Positions 9,101 to 17,906 of a DNA stretch of 29,241 bases are shown here, one piece after another. Location of the stretch: positions 1 through 29,241 of the IMG/VR virus record IMGVR_UViG_3300006164_001599. One strand, written 5' to 3'. Numbering within the stretch: the stretch's first letter is position 1; the number at the start of each line of letters is the position of its first letter. Under the pieces are notes generated by a model that was not told the origin of the DNA, did not search any database, and was given only the letters and a program-made list of their open reading frames with translations. The DNA comes from a virus (taxonomy: Duplodnaviria > Caudoviricetes). The position numbers and the translations under genes are program-made.

Positions 9101-10324
9101 ATGCAAACAAATAAGTGGAAGAATAGAGTAGGATTTTTTGAAAACAAACGTAAATTAAATATTCTAGCTATCAAGGCTAATGATGGAGGCTGCGCTCAGT
9201 ACAGACTCATTCAACCACTAAGTAAACTAGCTGAGTTATATCCTGATGTAGTAGAAGTTAAAATTGTAACTAACCCGTTAGATATTGACCTAAAGACAGG
9301 AACTAAAATTCCTGACTTTGATTACGCAGACTTCAAATGGGCTGATGTTGTTATGACCAATAATATTTCAAACTTCGGTGGCCCGTTTACTGCTAGATTA
9401 TGTGGGGTAGCCAAAGAATATGGTTGCCTTTTTCACTTTGATACGGACGATCTTTTGACTGAATTATACTCCGGTCATAGATTAGAGAAGGTTTACGAAG
9501 AGAAGAAACTATCAGAGATTACAGCGTGGATCTATAGCAAATCAGATCTAGTAACTGTAACTCAAAGAAAGTTTGCAAAGAATATACAAGAACATGTGGG
9601 AAGAGTATTAGCGGTAGTTAAAAATTCTATTGACTATAACTTACCTTGCTGGAATAACGATAAAATAATCAAGCCCAAAAAGAATATTACTAGGATCGGA
9701 TGGGTTGGAGGAATTCACCATACCGAAGACCTAAAAGAGTTTTCTGCTGTACCTGCAATGGTAAATCAGAGAGCAGGAAGAGAGAATGCACAATGGGGAT
9801 TCTATGGAAGACCAGGAATGCCTAAGGATGGGGTAAAAGACTGGCAACAAGACACTTGGGATGATTATCAAAACTTACTCCTAAGTGGTTTTAAAGGAGC
9901 TAGAAACTGGAATATTTATCAAGCGTTACCTATTGATATGTACGGTGGAATGTACGCTAATATTGATGTAAGTATTGCCCCTCTCCAGAACAATAAATTT
10001 AACAATTCAAAATCTGATATTAAAGTATCTGAGTGTGGTCGATATGGTGTACCCCTTGTAGCATCTAACGTAGGCTGTTATGACGAGACTATTATCAACG
10101 GGCAGACAGGATACCTGATTGAGCCTGATGCTCCCCGTACAGAGTGGGTGAAAGTGCTTTCTTCACTTGTAAAGAACCCTCAAAAGGTGGCTCGCATGGG
10201 AGCTAACCTCAAGCAGATTACAGACGAACAATTTGACCTAAATAAAGTAGTTTATAAGAGATTGGATCTCTATGAACAAGTATTTAATCAGCTTAAAGAC
10301 GCAACCGATATCGTAGTAAAATGA
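9101..10324 (+). CDS. GT-B fold glycosyltransferase (GT4-like, phage type)
   Basis: GGCAQYRLIQP, FDTDDLL, RIGWVGGIHH, IAPLQNNKFNNSKSDIKVSEC, GVPLVASNVGCY, NGQTGYLI. Confidence 0.88.
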   Translation: MQTNKWKNRVGFFENKRKLNILAIKANDGGCAQYRLIQPLSKLAELYPDVVEVKIVTNPLDIDLKTGTKIPDFDYADFKWADVVMTNNISNFGGPFTARLCGVAKEYGCLFHFDTDDLLTELYSGHRLEKVYEEKKLSEITAWIYSKSDLVTVTQRKFAKNIQEHVGRVLAVVKNSIDYNLPCWNNDKIIKPKKNITRIGWVGGIHHTEDLKEFSAVPAMVNQRAGRENAQWGFYGRPGMPKDGVKDWQQDTWDDYQNLLLSGFKGARNWNIYQALPIDMYGGMYANIDVSIAPLQNNKFNNSKSDIKVSECGRYGVPLVASNVGCYDETIINGQTGYLIEPDAPRTEWVKVLSSLVKNPQKVARMGANLKQITDEQFDLNKVVYKRLDLYEQVFNQLKDATDIVVK

Positions 10325-10965
10325 ACAACGTAACAGTCATAATCAAGACCATTGGAAGACCTACTGTAAAAAATGCTGCTAGATCCTCTATTAGAGAAGG
10401 GTTTAAAACTATTGTAGTATGCGATGGGAGGGAAAACTTTAACTCATATGTTGATTATATGAAGGAGGAGGTTAGTTCTTCCGTAGAAACTATTATCTTA
10501 CCTCACCAATGGGGCGGTTATGGTTTCATGGCAGGTAATGTGGGAGTAGCAATGGCTGATGCTGAGTACGTTGCATTTTTAGATGATGATGATGAGTTTA
10601 TTGAAGGTGCTGGTAATATACTTAGAAAACAATTAGAAAATATTAATGGCCCTGATATTCTTATTCCTGGTATTAGATTCAAAGACCCTATAACTCTTAA
10701 TATTAACGGAGTACAAAGGGTTTCTAATGATTTATGTATGGACGGTACATTAGGAGTAGTTTTAGGTAATGTAGCAATGGCTATTTATAGAAAAGAGTTA
10801 TTTAAACACCGTCCATTCAAAACCGAACCTAATCCTGATTACTCTGACTTTACACATGTATATGATTGCTGGAAAGACGGAGCTTCAGTAACTTGGTTAG
10901 GAGAAGTATTATATCTGGTAAGACCAGAATCAAACGGAAGTAATGGAAGAGGAAAAAATGAATAA
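10321..10965 (+). CDS. GT-A fold glycosyltransferase (GT2-like)
   Basis: VTVIIKTIGRP, IVVCDG, NVGV, YVAFLDDDDE, YSDF. Confidence 0.82.
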   Translation: MNNVTVIIKTIGRPTVKNAARSSIREGFKTIVVCDGRENFNSYVDYMKEEVSSSVETIILPHQWGGYGFMAGNVGVAMADAEYVAFLDDDDEFIEGAGNILRKQLENINGPDILIPGIRFKDPITLNINGVQRVSNDLCMDGTLGVVLGNVAMAIYRKELFKHRPFKTEPNPDYSDFTHVYDCWKDGASVTWLGEVLYLVRPESNGSNGRGKNE

Positions 10966-11668
10966 TAGTAAAATAGCTATAGTACTCCCTACTAGAAATA
11001 GACCTGACCTCTTAGATAGATTTATTTCCTCGGTATATAATACAGTCTCTAATGAGGAAGTTATTAAGTTTTATCTCTATGTAGATGAAGATGATTGCCT
11101 AACACCCACCATAATACCTACTCTAAACGAAAGGTATAAAGATAAGATCTTTGTATACACTGGTCCAAGAATAATCCTATCCGCAACTGTAAACATGCTA
11201 ATACCTTTTATTAAAGAGGATATCATATTTTGTGGTGGAGACGATCTTATTTTTAGAACTGATAATTGGGACCAAATGGTTATCTCTAAGTTTGATGAGA
11301 GTGAAGATAAAATAGTTTTAGCCTATGGGGATGATTTAAATCAAAAAGAGTTAGCTACCCACCCCATACTCCATAGACGATGGATAGAGGCTTTAGGGTA
11401 TATTACACCTCCTTACTTCTCCTCTGATTACTCTGATACTTGGCTAACCGAACTAGCGGACAAGCTAGGAAGAAAGTATAAATTGGATTTTGTAAACGAA
11501 CACATGCATTTTACTATAGGAAAATCTCCTATAGATATAACGTATTTAGAAAATAGAAATAGGTTTAGCAAGGATAAACCTTATGAAATATACCAAAACC
11601 TACTACCAAGACGAGAAGAGGATTTGGAAAAGTTAGAAAAACTAAAAGGAACTATATATGAAAAATAA
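10958..11668 (+). CDS. GT-A fold glycosyltransferase (GT2-like)
   Basis: IAIVLPTRNRP, YVDEDD, GGDDLIF, HPILHRRW, YSDTW, EHMH. Start placed at ATG 10958 after a GAGGA SD. Confidence 0.82.
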   Translation: MNNSKIAIVLPTRNRPDLLDRFISSVYNTVSNEEVIKFYLYVDEDDCLTPTIIPTLNERYKDKIFVYTGPRIILSATVNMLIPFIKEDIIFCGGDDLIFRTDNWDQMVISKFDESEDKIVLAYGDDLNQKELATHPILHRRWIEALGYITPPYFSSDYSDTWLTELADKLGRKYKLDFVNEHMHFTIGKSPIDITYLENRNRFSKDKPYEIYQNLLPRREEDLEKLEKLKGTIYEK

Positions 11669-12077
11669 CACAGATAGAAAGTACTTACCAACATTATCCG
11701 AATTAATTGATAGACTATCCATCGCCCAACTTAAAGAGGTATTCATCACTGAGCATAAGGATGAATATTCACAAGAGATCCAAGATATCTTACATGATAT
11801 ACAGCTAGTAATAGATAACGAGTCTGCTAAAATTACTTCAGAGGTTATTAGGGCTATAGTTGTATTATCACAAATGAATTTACATATTTGGCACAACGAA
11901 TCAAACTATAGAAAGGGTATCGGTGAAGGAAATGACTTAGAGTTAACTCATGGACTAAACGGTATTAGAAATACAGCTAAGAATAAGGTTCAAGAGATTG
12001 TTGGTGGAAGAAAGGACTACAAGATTGATTGCCTTGCTGCTGATTTTAAAGATTGGGAGATTAGTTGGAATGGGTAA
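11658..12077 (+). CDS. Conserved helical hypothetical protein (DUF4254/DUF6165-like)
   Basis: SELIDRLSI.QLKE...NLHIWHNE...NGIRNTAKNKV pattern resembling helical proteins of bacterial glycan loci. The family label is tentative. Confidence 0.5.
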   Translation: MKNNTDRKYLPTLSELIDRLSIAQLKEVFITEHKDEYSQEIQDILHDIQLVIDNESAKITSEVIRAIVVLSQMNLHIWHNESNYRKGIGEGNDLELTHGLNGIRNTAKNKVQEIVGGRKDYKIDCLAADFKDWEISWNG

Positions 12078-12369
12078 GGAAAAGACATTTACAGACTATT
12101 ACCAATATTATTTAACATTACATCAGAATAAGGTAAATAGGTGGCTTCATGTTGTAGGGCAAGCAACTACATTAACGGTACTATGGTATATCATCACAAT
12201 ACAAACGTGGATACTGTTGCCGATTGTGCCTTTTGTTATTTATCCTTTCGCATGGATTGGACACCTGTACTTTGAAAAAAATACTCCCGCAGCTTGGTCG
12301 CATCCTCTTTGGGCTAAAGCTTGTGACTGGGTGATGCTAAAAGATATACTAACGGGCAAGCTAAAGTGA
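12070..12369 (+). CDS. DUF962/Mpo1-like membrane protein
   Basis: YYLTLHQNKVNRWLHVVG, two hydrophobic helices, FAWIGHLYFEKNTPAAW. Start placed at ATG 12070. Confidence 0.85.
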   Translation: MGKEKTFTDYYQYYLTLHQNKVNRWLHVVGQATTLTVLWYIITIQTWILLPIVPFVIYPFAWIGHLYFEKNTPAAWSHPLWAKACDWVMLKDILTGKLK

Positions 12370-12426
12370 GTGTGTTAGTTATATATAATAATATTCCATA
12401 AGGGTTTTATTAAAATAAATAGAAAT

Positions 12427-13083
12427 ATGAAAGAACTTAGTATATTAATCAGCACAAATAGACCATACGAACTTTTTGCAAAAAGAGTTATAGATTCATT
12501 GTTTGAGCAAGATATGACTAATAATGAAATCGTTATTTGCCATACTCCTGACATTGTAATAGAGGATGATAGGGTTGTACTTATAGAGGATAAAATTTGT
12601 ATAAATGGTCCCCAAGGGTATAATCAAGCCGCACAAGAGTGTACTGGAGAATATATTGTTGGACTGACAGATGATGAATACCCACCACTTAATATAAACT
12701 CTATTAAATCTTCATTTAATAACGAGTATTTCAAAGATAAGGAATATAAGGTCGCTACCTTAGCAACAGGTCCATACCCCGCTTACACAGAAGGTCCAAG
12801 GACTCTTATGTGTAGATTCTTTGTTCTAACTAGAGACACTTTAGAAAAATTAAATTATTATGTTTTTCATCCGTCATTTAACTTGAAAACGCCCCATCAT
12901 GCTGATCATTGGTTAAGTATATTCTTGCATCTTAATGGTTGTCCTTGTGTAGAATTGCCATTACATATAAGGCATTGGGAATCAGTGCCATCCGGATACA
13001 AAGTAGATGATTTTGCTGTTGAAACGGGGGAAATTTTAAGAACCCTAGTTACTAACTATAAGATTGGAGATACATTTGTATGA
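12427..13083 (+). CDS. Divergent GT-A (GT2-like) glycosyltransferase
   Basis: LSILISTNRP, EIVIC, GYNQAAQECTGEYIVGLTDDE, HADHWLS. Confidence 0.72.
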   Translation: MKELSILISTNRPYELFAKRVIDSLFEQDMTNNEIVICHTPDIVIEDDRVVLIEDKICINGPQGYNQAAQECTGEYIVGLTDDEYPPLNINSIKSSFNNEYFKDKEYKVATLATGPYPAYTEGPRTLMCRFFVLTRDTLEKLNYYVFHPSFNLKTPHHADHWLSIFLHLNGCPCVELPLHIRHWESVPSGYKVDDFAVETGEILRTLVTNYKIGDTFV

Positions 13084-13820
13084 AAATTTTAGTTATAGGT
13101 GAGACATGCACCGATATTTTTTGCTATGGAACATGCGATAGACTGGAACCATCGGCTCCTGTGCCAGTATTTAAAGAACTTTCTAAGCGTACCTCTAAAG
13201 GCATGGCTCAACTTGTAGCGAATAATATCTCGTCTTTGGGTACTACATGTGATGTAATATCTAACAATAATGAAGACGATATAACAAAAGTAAGGTACGT
13301 TGATAATAGGTCTAATCATATGTTTCTCCGAGTGGATACTAATGATGATAAGTTTACTTCATGTGACTTGAGTAGTATAGAAGGCACTGATTTCTCCCAG
13401 TATGCGGCGGTAGTAATCTCCGATTATAATAAAGGATTTCTGTCCAAAGAGGCTATTGAGTATATTTTAAGTAGGCATTCTATAACATTTCTGGATACAA
13501 AGAAAGTTCTTGGGCCTTGGTCTACTAAGGCTAAGTTTATTAAAATCAACTCTGAAGAGTTTAGAAAGAGTAAAGATTATATAGACGATTCTTATGATGA
13601 TAAAATTATTATAACTTTAGGTAGTATAGGATCTAGTTACAAAGGGATAAACTACTCCGTTGAGAACGTTAGTGTTAAGGATGTTTCTGGAGCAGGAGAT
13701 ACTTTTTTAGCTGCTCTAGTAACTAACTATTTGAAAACTTTCGATATTGTTTCTGCTATTAAGTTTGCTAATGACTGCTCTACTAGAGTTGTACAAGGAA
13801 GAGGAATGACTATACTATGA
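13080..13820 (+). CDS. Stand-alone HldE/RfaE domain I-like PfkB sugar-phosphate kinase (heptose-7-phosphate kinase-like)
   Basis: ILVIGE..D.F.YG..DRL.P.APVPV, ISDYNKGFL, IKINSEE, ITLG..G, DVSGAGDTFLA. Confidence 0.88.
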   Translation: MKILVIGETCTDIFCYGTCDRLEPSAPVPVFKELSKRTSKGMAQLVANNISSLGTTCDVISNNNEDDITKVRYVDNRSNHMFLRVDTNDDKFTSCDLSSIEGTDFSQYAAVVISDYNKGFLSKEAIEYILSRHSITFLDTKKVLGPWSTKAKFIKINSEEFRKSKDYIDDSYDDKIIITLGSIGSSYKGINYSVENVSVKDVSGAGDTFLAALVTNYLKTFDIVSAIKFANDCSTRVVQGRGMTIL

Positions 13821-13939
13821 AAAATAACTTATTAATTATCTTCCCTAACTCTGCGTTACTCTACCAAGACCTAAAAGATAATTTTTCACCCAAAGAGCCT
13901 AATATTTTGGCGGGTATGTTAGAGAATAGAGTATTATAG
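13817..13939 (+). pseudogene. Truncated 5' relic (40 aa) of a second cobalamin-binding radical SAM gene
   Basis: ATGA-coupled ORF MKNNLLIIFPNSALLYQDLKDNFSPKEPNILAGMLENRVL*. It aligns by eye to the N-terminus of the next gene (VLFVEPNSAKQSYQGLADTYAAIETPTWALLL). Confidence 0.7.
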
Positions 13940-13980
13940 TAGGATGGATCAGGCGTGTAAAGTAAAGGAATCACAGTATT

Positions 13981-15510
13981 ATGAAACAAAACAATAAGAT
14001 AGATGTGCTGTTTGTTGAGCCTAATTCTGCAAAGCAATCGTACCAAGGGCTTGCAGATACCTATGCTGCTATAGAAACCCCAACTTGGGCTTTACTCCTA
14101 GCCCAAAGCTGTAGAAGTAAAGGATTTTCTGTGAGCCTCTTGGATGCCAATGCGGAACGACTAACAGACGATGAGGCTCTGGATAGAATTAATGAACTAG
14201 CCCCGAGAATGGTTTGCTTTGTTGTATACGGACAGAATCCAAATTCAGGCACAGTCAATATGACAGGAGCTTACGCTCTTTCTGACAAATGCCATAGGGA
14301 AGGTCACATCACTGTTTTTGTCGGATCCCATAGTTCAGCCCTGCCAAAAGAAGTCGTGTCTAATAGTTGTGTTGATATTGTTCTATTAAATGAGGGGGTA
14401 TATGCTTTGCATAATCTACTCAAATCTAATTTAAAGAGTGATTTGCATAATATAAAGGGAATTGGATTTAAGAACGAAGACTCTTCTATAGTAATAAACG
14501 ACCCAGAAAGAATTGTGCCTCAAAATAGAATGGTTGAGGATTTACCGGGATATGCATGGGACCTCTTACCTTACAATAAGACTCCATTTGATTTATATAG
14601 AGCCCATTTTTGGCATACCAACTATAGCCTAGAAGATAGAAGCCCCTTCGCCGCTATTTATACTTCATTCGGATGTAACTTTAAATGCGATTTTTGTATG
14701 ATTAATATCCTAAACAGAACTAGCAACGAGGACTCCGCTGTATCTTCAGACTTTAATATTATGAGGTATTGGCCCGCCGATTTTATCATAAAAGAGTTTG
14801 ATACCTTGTATAATCAGTATGGAGTAAAAAATATTAGAATAAGCGACGAGATGTTTTTTTTACATAAGAAGCATTACCTTCCTATAATAGAACTCCTGGA
14901 GGACAGAAAGTATCCCCTTAACATGTGGGCTTATAGCAGGGTCGATACTTGCAAACCAGATATGCTTACTAGGTTTAAAGGTGTTGGTATTAATTGGCTT
15001 GGACTAGGTATAGAGTCTGCTAATAAAACTGTTAGGCAGGAGATCACAAAAGGAAAATTTAAGGATGTTCACATTAAATCTGTAGTAAAAGAAATAAAAA
15101 AGGCTGGAATTAATGTTGGAGCAAATTATATATTTGGATTTCCCGGTGAGAATTTAGAAAACTTGCAAGAAACATTAGATCTTGCAAAAGACATTAATGC
15201 TGAGTTTACTAATATGTACTGCGCTGCTGCCTTACCCGGAAGTCCCTTATACAGAGAGGCTGTAGAGAATGGATGGGATCTCCCAGACAGTACTAGTGGG
15301 TACGGGTTTTATTCTTATGACTGCAAACCTTTACCAACTAGGCACTTAACTGCCGAGCAAGTTCTACGGTTTAGAGACGAGGCTTGGCAAGAGGTAGTTT
15401 TAGACGAAAGCTATCTATCACTAATAGAGTCCAAATTTGGGCATCAAGCTAGATTGAACATAGTAAGCCAATCTAGACTTAAACTAAAAAGAAAATTACT
15501 AGGAGACTAA
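13981..15510 (+). CDS. Cobalamin-binding radical SAM enzyme (class B, methyltransferase-like)
   Basis: N-terminal B12-binding domain (LLDANAE, VGSHSSALP, EG), TSFGCNFKCDFC (CxxxCxxC), ISDEMF, LGIESAN, NYIFGFPGE, ALPGSPLY. Confidence 0.92.
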   Translation: MKQNNKIDVLFVEPNSAKQSYQGLADTYAAIETPTWALLLAQSCRSKGFSVSLLDANAERLTDDEALDRINELAPRMVCFVVYGQNPNSGTVNMTGAYALSDKCHREGHITVFVGSHSSALPKEVVSNSCVDIVLLNEGVYALHNLLKSNLKSDLHNIKGIGFKNEDSSIVINDPERIVPQNRMVEDLPGYAWDLLPYNKTPFDLYRAHFWHTNYSLEDRSPFAAIYTSFGCNFKCDFCMINILNRTSNEDSAVSSDFNIMRYWPADFIIKEFDTLYNQYGVKNIRISDEMFFLHKKHYLPIIELLEDRKYPLNMWAYSRVDTCKPDMLTRFKGVGINWLGLGIESANKTVRQEITKGKFKDVHIKSVVKEIKKAGINVGANYIFGFPGENLENLQETLDLAKDINAEFTNMYCAAALPGSPLYREAVENGWDLPDSTSGYGFYSYDCKPLPTRHLTAEQVLRFRDEAWQEVVLDESYLSLIESKFGHQARLNIVSQSRLKLKRKLLGD

Positions 15511-15514
15511 AAAA

Positions 15515-16036
15515 ATGAAAAAAGCACTTATTATTACATGGGACGGGTTCCAAGATCAGGAAGTAATCTATCCTTACTACAGGCTTCAAGAAGCTGGGTT
15601 CCAGGTTACAATCTCTGGGGCTACGGGAAAAGAAGAAGTCATCGGCCTATTTGGGACGAAGTTCAAATGCATTGGGGATAATATGATTTTATCCCCAGAA
15701 AACTATGACTTATTAGTTCTGCCCGGAGGAGTTAAAGCTTTAGAAAAAGTAAGACAGTCTGTTCCAGTGCTAAACTTTATCAAAGCATGGTCTAAGGACA
15801 AGGTGATATCATCAATATGTCACGGAGCGCAGCTTCTTATTTCCTGTGGGAAAGTAAAAGATGAAGAAGTCTCCGGTTATTATAGTATTAAAGATGATAT
15901 AATCAATGCTGGAGGAAGCTACAATCCAAATCCTGTAATATCATCCAACATTGTTTCTGGCGCACATTACAAAGATATGCCTGAATGGATGGAAAAAACT
16001 TTACAGACTTATGACATTTACAATGAAAGACTATAA
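15515..16036 (+). CDS. DJ-1/PfpI family protein (Cys hydrolase/glyoxalase-like)
   Basis: GFQDQEVIYPYYRLQEAG, YDLLVLPGG, nucleophile elbow SICHGAQLL. AGGAG SD upstream. Confidence 0.9.
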   Translation: MKKALIITWDGFQDQEVIYPYYRLQEAGFQVTISGATGKEEVIGLFGTKFKCIGDNMILSPENYDLLVLPGGVKALEKVRQSVPVLNFIKAWSKDKVISSICHGAQLLISCGKVKDEEVSGYYSIKDDIINAGGSYNPNPVISSNIVSGAHYKDMPEWMEKTLQTYDIYNERL

Positions 16037-16643
16037 AAGCGTAGTAATCCCAAAACCTTGGGGTAAAGAGTATCTATTATTTGAAGAAAGTAATGTAGCA
16101 GGATGGGTACTTCATATAAATCGTGGAGAGAAGACCTCTTTACATTGCCACCCAAAAAAGAAGACAAGTTTAATTGTATTAAATGGGGAGGCAAAGATTA
16201 GCTTTCTCACATCTTCTATAGAAGTAAGTCGGGGGAATAAAACTATAATTCGTCAAGGGGTATTTCATTCCACAGAGGCACTATCAGATTTATGCCTACT
16301 TGAAATAGAAACTCCTGTTGATAAAGGAGATCTTATTAGATTGAAAGATTTATATGGAAGAGAGGGTACACCTTATGAAACAACTGAGTATCCCCGAGGA
16401 GATCTTGATTACCTTGAGACTGGTAAGCTTACTGAGACTGAGATTAGTGGAGCCAAACTGTGTTTCAAAGAAGATAATGACATGTCTAAATTTGATTTAG
16501 TTGTATTCTTAGAGCCCGGACTTGTTAATGAGGTAGCAGTAATAGCTGGAGAAGGAGACTGCCTTACTAAGGCTGGGTACAACCTGCTCTCTTCAGAATT
16601 CTCTTCCACGCACAATGCAAAGAGATTAGAGATCAATGTATAG
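16023..16643 (+). CDS. Cupin protein (type II phosphomannose isomerase/sugar isomerase-like)
   Basis: PKPWGKEY, TSLHCHPKKKT, GVFHST, LEIETP, DLIRLKDLYGR. Start placed at ATG 16023. Confidence 0.8.
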   Translation: MKDYKSVVIPKPWGKEYLLFEESNVAGWVLHINRGEKTSLHCHPKKKTSLIVLNGEAKISFLTSSIEVSRGNKTIIRQGVFHSTEALSDLCLLEIETPVDKGDLIRLKDLYGREGTPYETTEYPRGDLDYLETGKLTETEISGAKLCFKEDNDMSKFDLVVFLEPGLVNEVAVIAGEGDCLTKAGYNLLSSEFSSTHNAKRLEINV

Positions 16644-17118
16644 CCTCTGGTTAGATCTGGATAAGACCATATGGAACTGCTACAATGAAGTAGGAGTAGA
16701 AATCTGGGCTAAAGACTTGAAAGGACCTTTTACAGTATCCAAAGATTCTCCTGATAAAATTGTTGCTAGTAATGGTAAGTGTGAATTACAATCTGGGCTT
16801 AGAAAGTTTTTTCTAAAAGCTAAGGATGAAACTCATTCAATCAATACCATCAGTGCTGGGGCAGATTTTATCAATAGATTTGAAGATCAACCTTCTTACC
16901 TACTCTTAATGCTTCTAGGGCTACTAAAGTACCAAGATAATATAGTGTTACAAACAAGAGAGTTTAATAAAGGTAGGTTTTTATCAAAACTAAATAACAA
17001 GAACATAGTGTTTATAGATGATGATCCTATTCAGATAAGAAATTCTAATGATTACAATATATTTTCTATAAACAGGGGGAGTTTTACTTTATGGAATACC
17101 TTAGTAATTGCTCAATGA
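16636..17118 (+). CDS. HAD-superfamily phosphatase (MDP-1-like)
   Basis: Motif I DLDKTIW, motif II S, conserved K, motif IV VFIDDD. Confidence 0.75.
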   Translation: MYSLWLDLDKTIWNCYNEVGVEIWAKDLKGPFTVSKDSPDKIVASNGKCELQSGLRKFFLKAKDETHSINTISAGADFINRFEDQPSYLLLMLLGLLKYQDNIVLQTREFNKGRFLSKLNNKNIVFIDDDPIQIRNSNDYNIFSINRGSFTLWNTLVIAQ

Positions 17119-17906
17119 AAAAGATAAAAGAGAGAGTTTTATACAAAGCATGTTTTTGTAGGGAGTTTGAATTATCAGTTCAAAGGTCTATAATTGAGGG
17201 AGTGATAACATGCCCAGTATACTTATCTATTGGGCAGGAACTTCTTCCCGCTGTTCTTTCCGAGTTTTTCCCTGACTCTTATATTTTCGCTCAACATAGA
17301 GCCCACTCAACCTATTTATGTTTTGGTGGAGATCCTAAAGAGCTAATCACTATGCTAAAAGGTTCTAAACAAGGATCTGCTTCTATAAATATCCCCAATA
17401 AGATGCTAGGGCATAGTGGTTTTATGGGGGACCAAGTTCCTCTATCCGTAGGGTTTACTTTAAGCAATACTATTAAAGGTAAAAATTCTCACACATTATC
17501 TATTATGGGAGACGCTTCCGCAGAGGAGGATTATGTACTAGCATCTTTAGGATTTGCATCAAGCAAGAAGCTTCCAATGTTGTTTGTGGTTGAGGATAAC
17601 AATCTCTCTATCCTTACAGAGAAAAAAGTTAGACGATCTTGGGAAATGTCTGAAGTAGCTAAATCTTTTGGAATCAAGGCATCTTTTGATGTTTGTGATA
17701 GTTTAGATTCTTTACTCTCCGTGGTATCGGAAATAAACCCAAAGGAGACTAGTTTTCTAAATATTAGATCTGAAAGAATCTGCTGGCACGCAGGAAGCGG
17801 AACTAACGAAGGCGTTTATGATCGTCTAAAAGATGAATCCAAAGAGTTCCCAGGTATAATCGAAAGAGCCAAACTAGATAATAAAAAAATATGGGACACA
17901 GTTTAG
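17115..17906 (+). CDS. TPP-dependent dehydrogenase E1 alpha-like subunit
   Basis: PVYLSIGQE, QHRAH, TPP-binding MGDASAEE...VVEDNN, RICWHAG. Start placed at ATG 17115 (ATGA overlap). Confidence 0.88.
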   Translation: MKKIKERVLYKACFCREFELSVQRSIIEGVITCPVYLSIGQELLPAVLSEFFPDSYIFAQHRAHSTYLCFGGDPKELITMLKGSKQGSASINIPNKMLGHSGFMGDQVPLSVGFTLSNTIKGKNSHTLSIMGDASAEEDYVLASLGFASSKKLPMLFVVEDNNLSILTEKKVRRSWEMSEVAKSFGIKASFDVCDSLDSLLSVVSEINPKETSFLNIRSERICWHAGSGTNEGVYDRLKDESKEFPGIIERAKLDNKKIWDTV

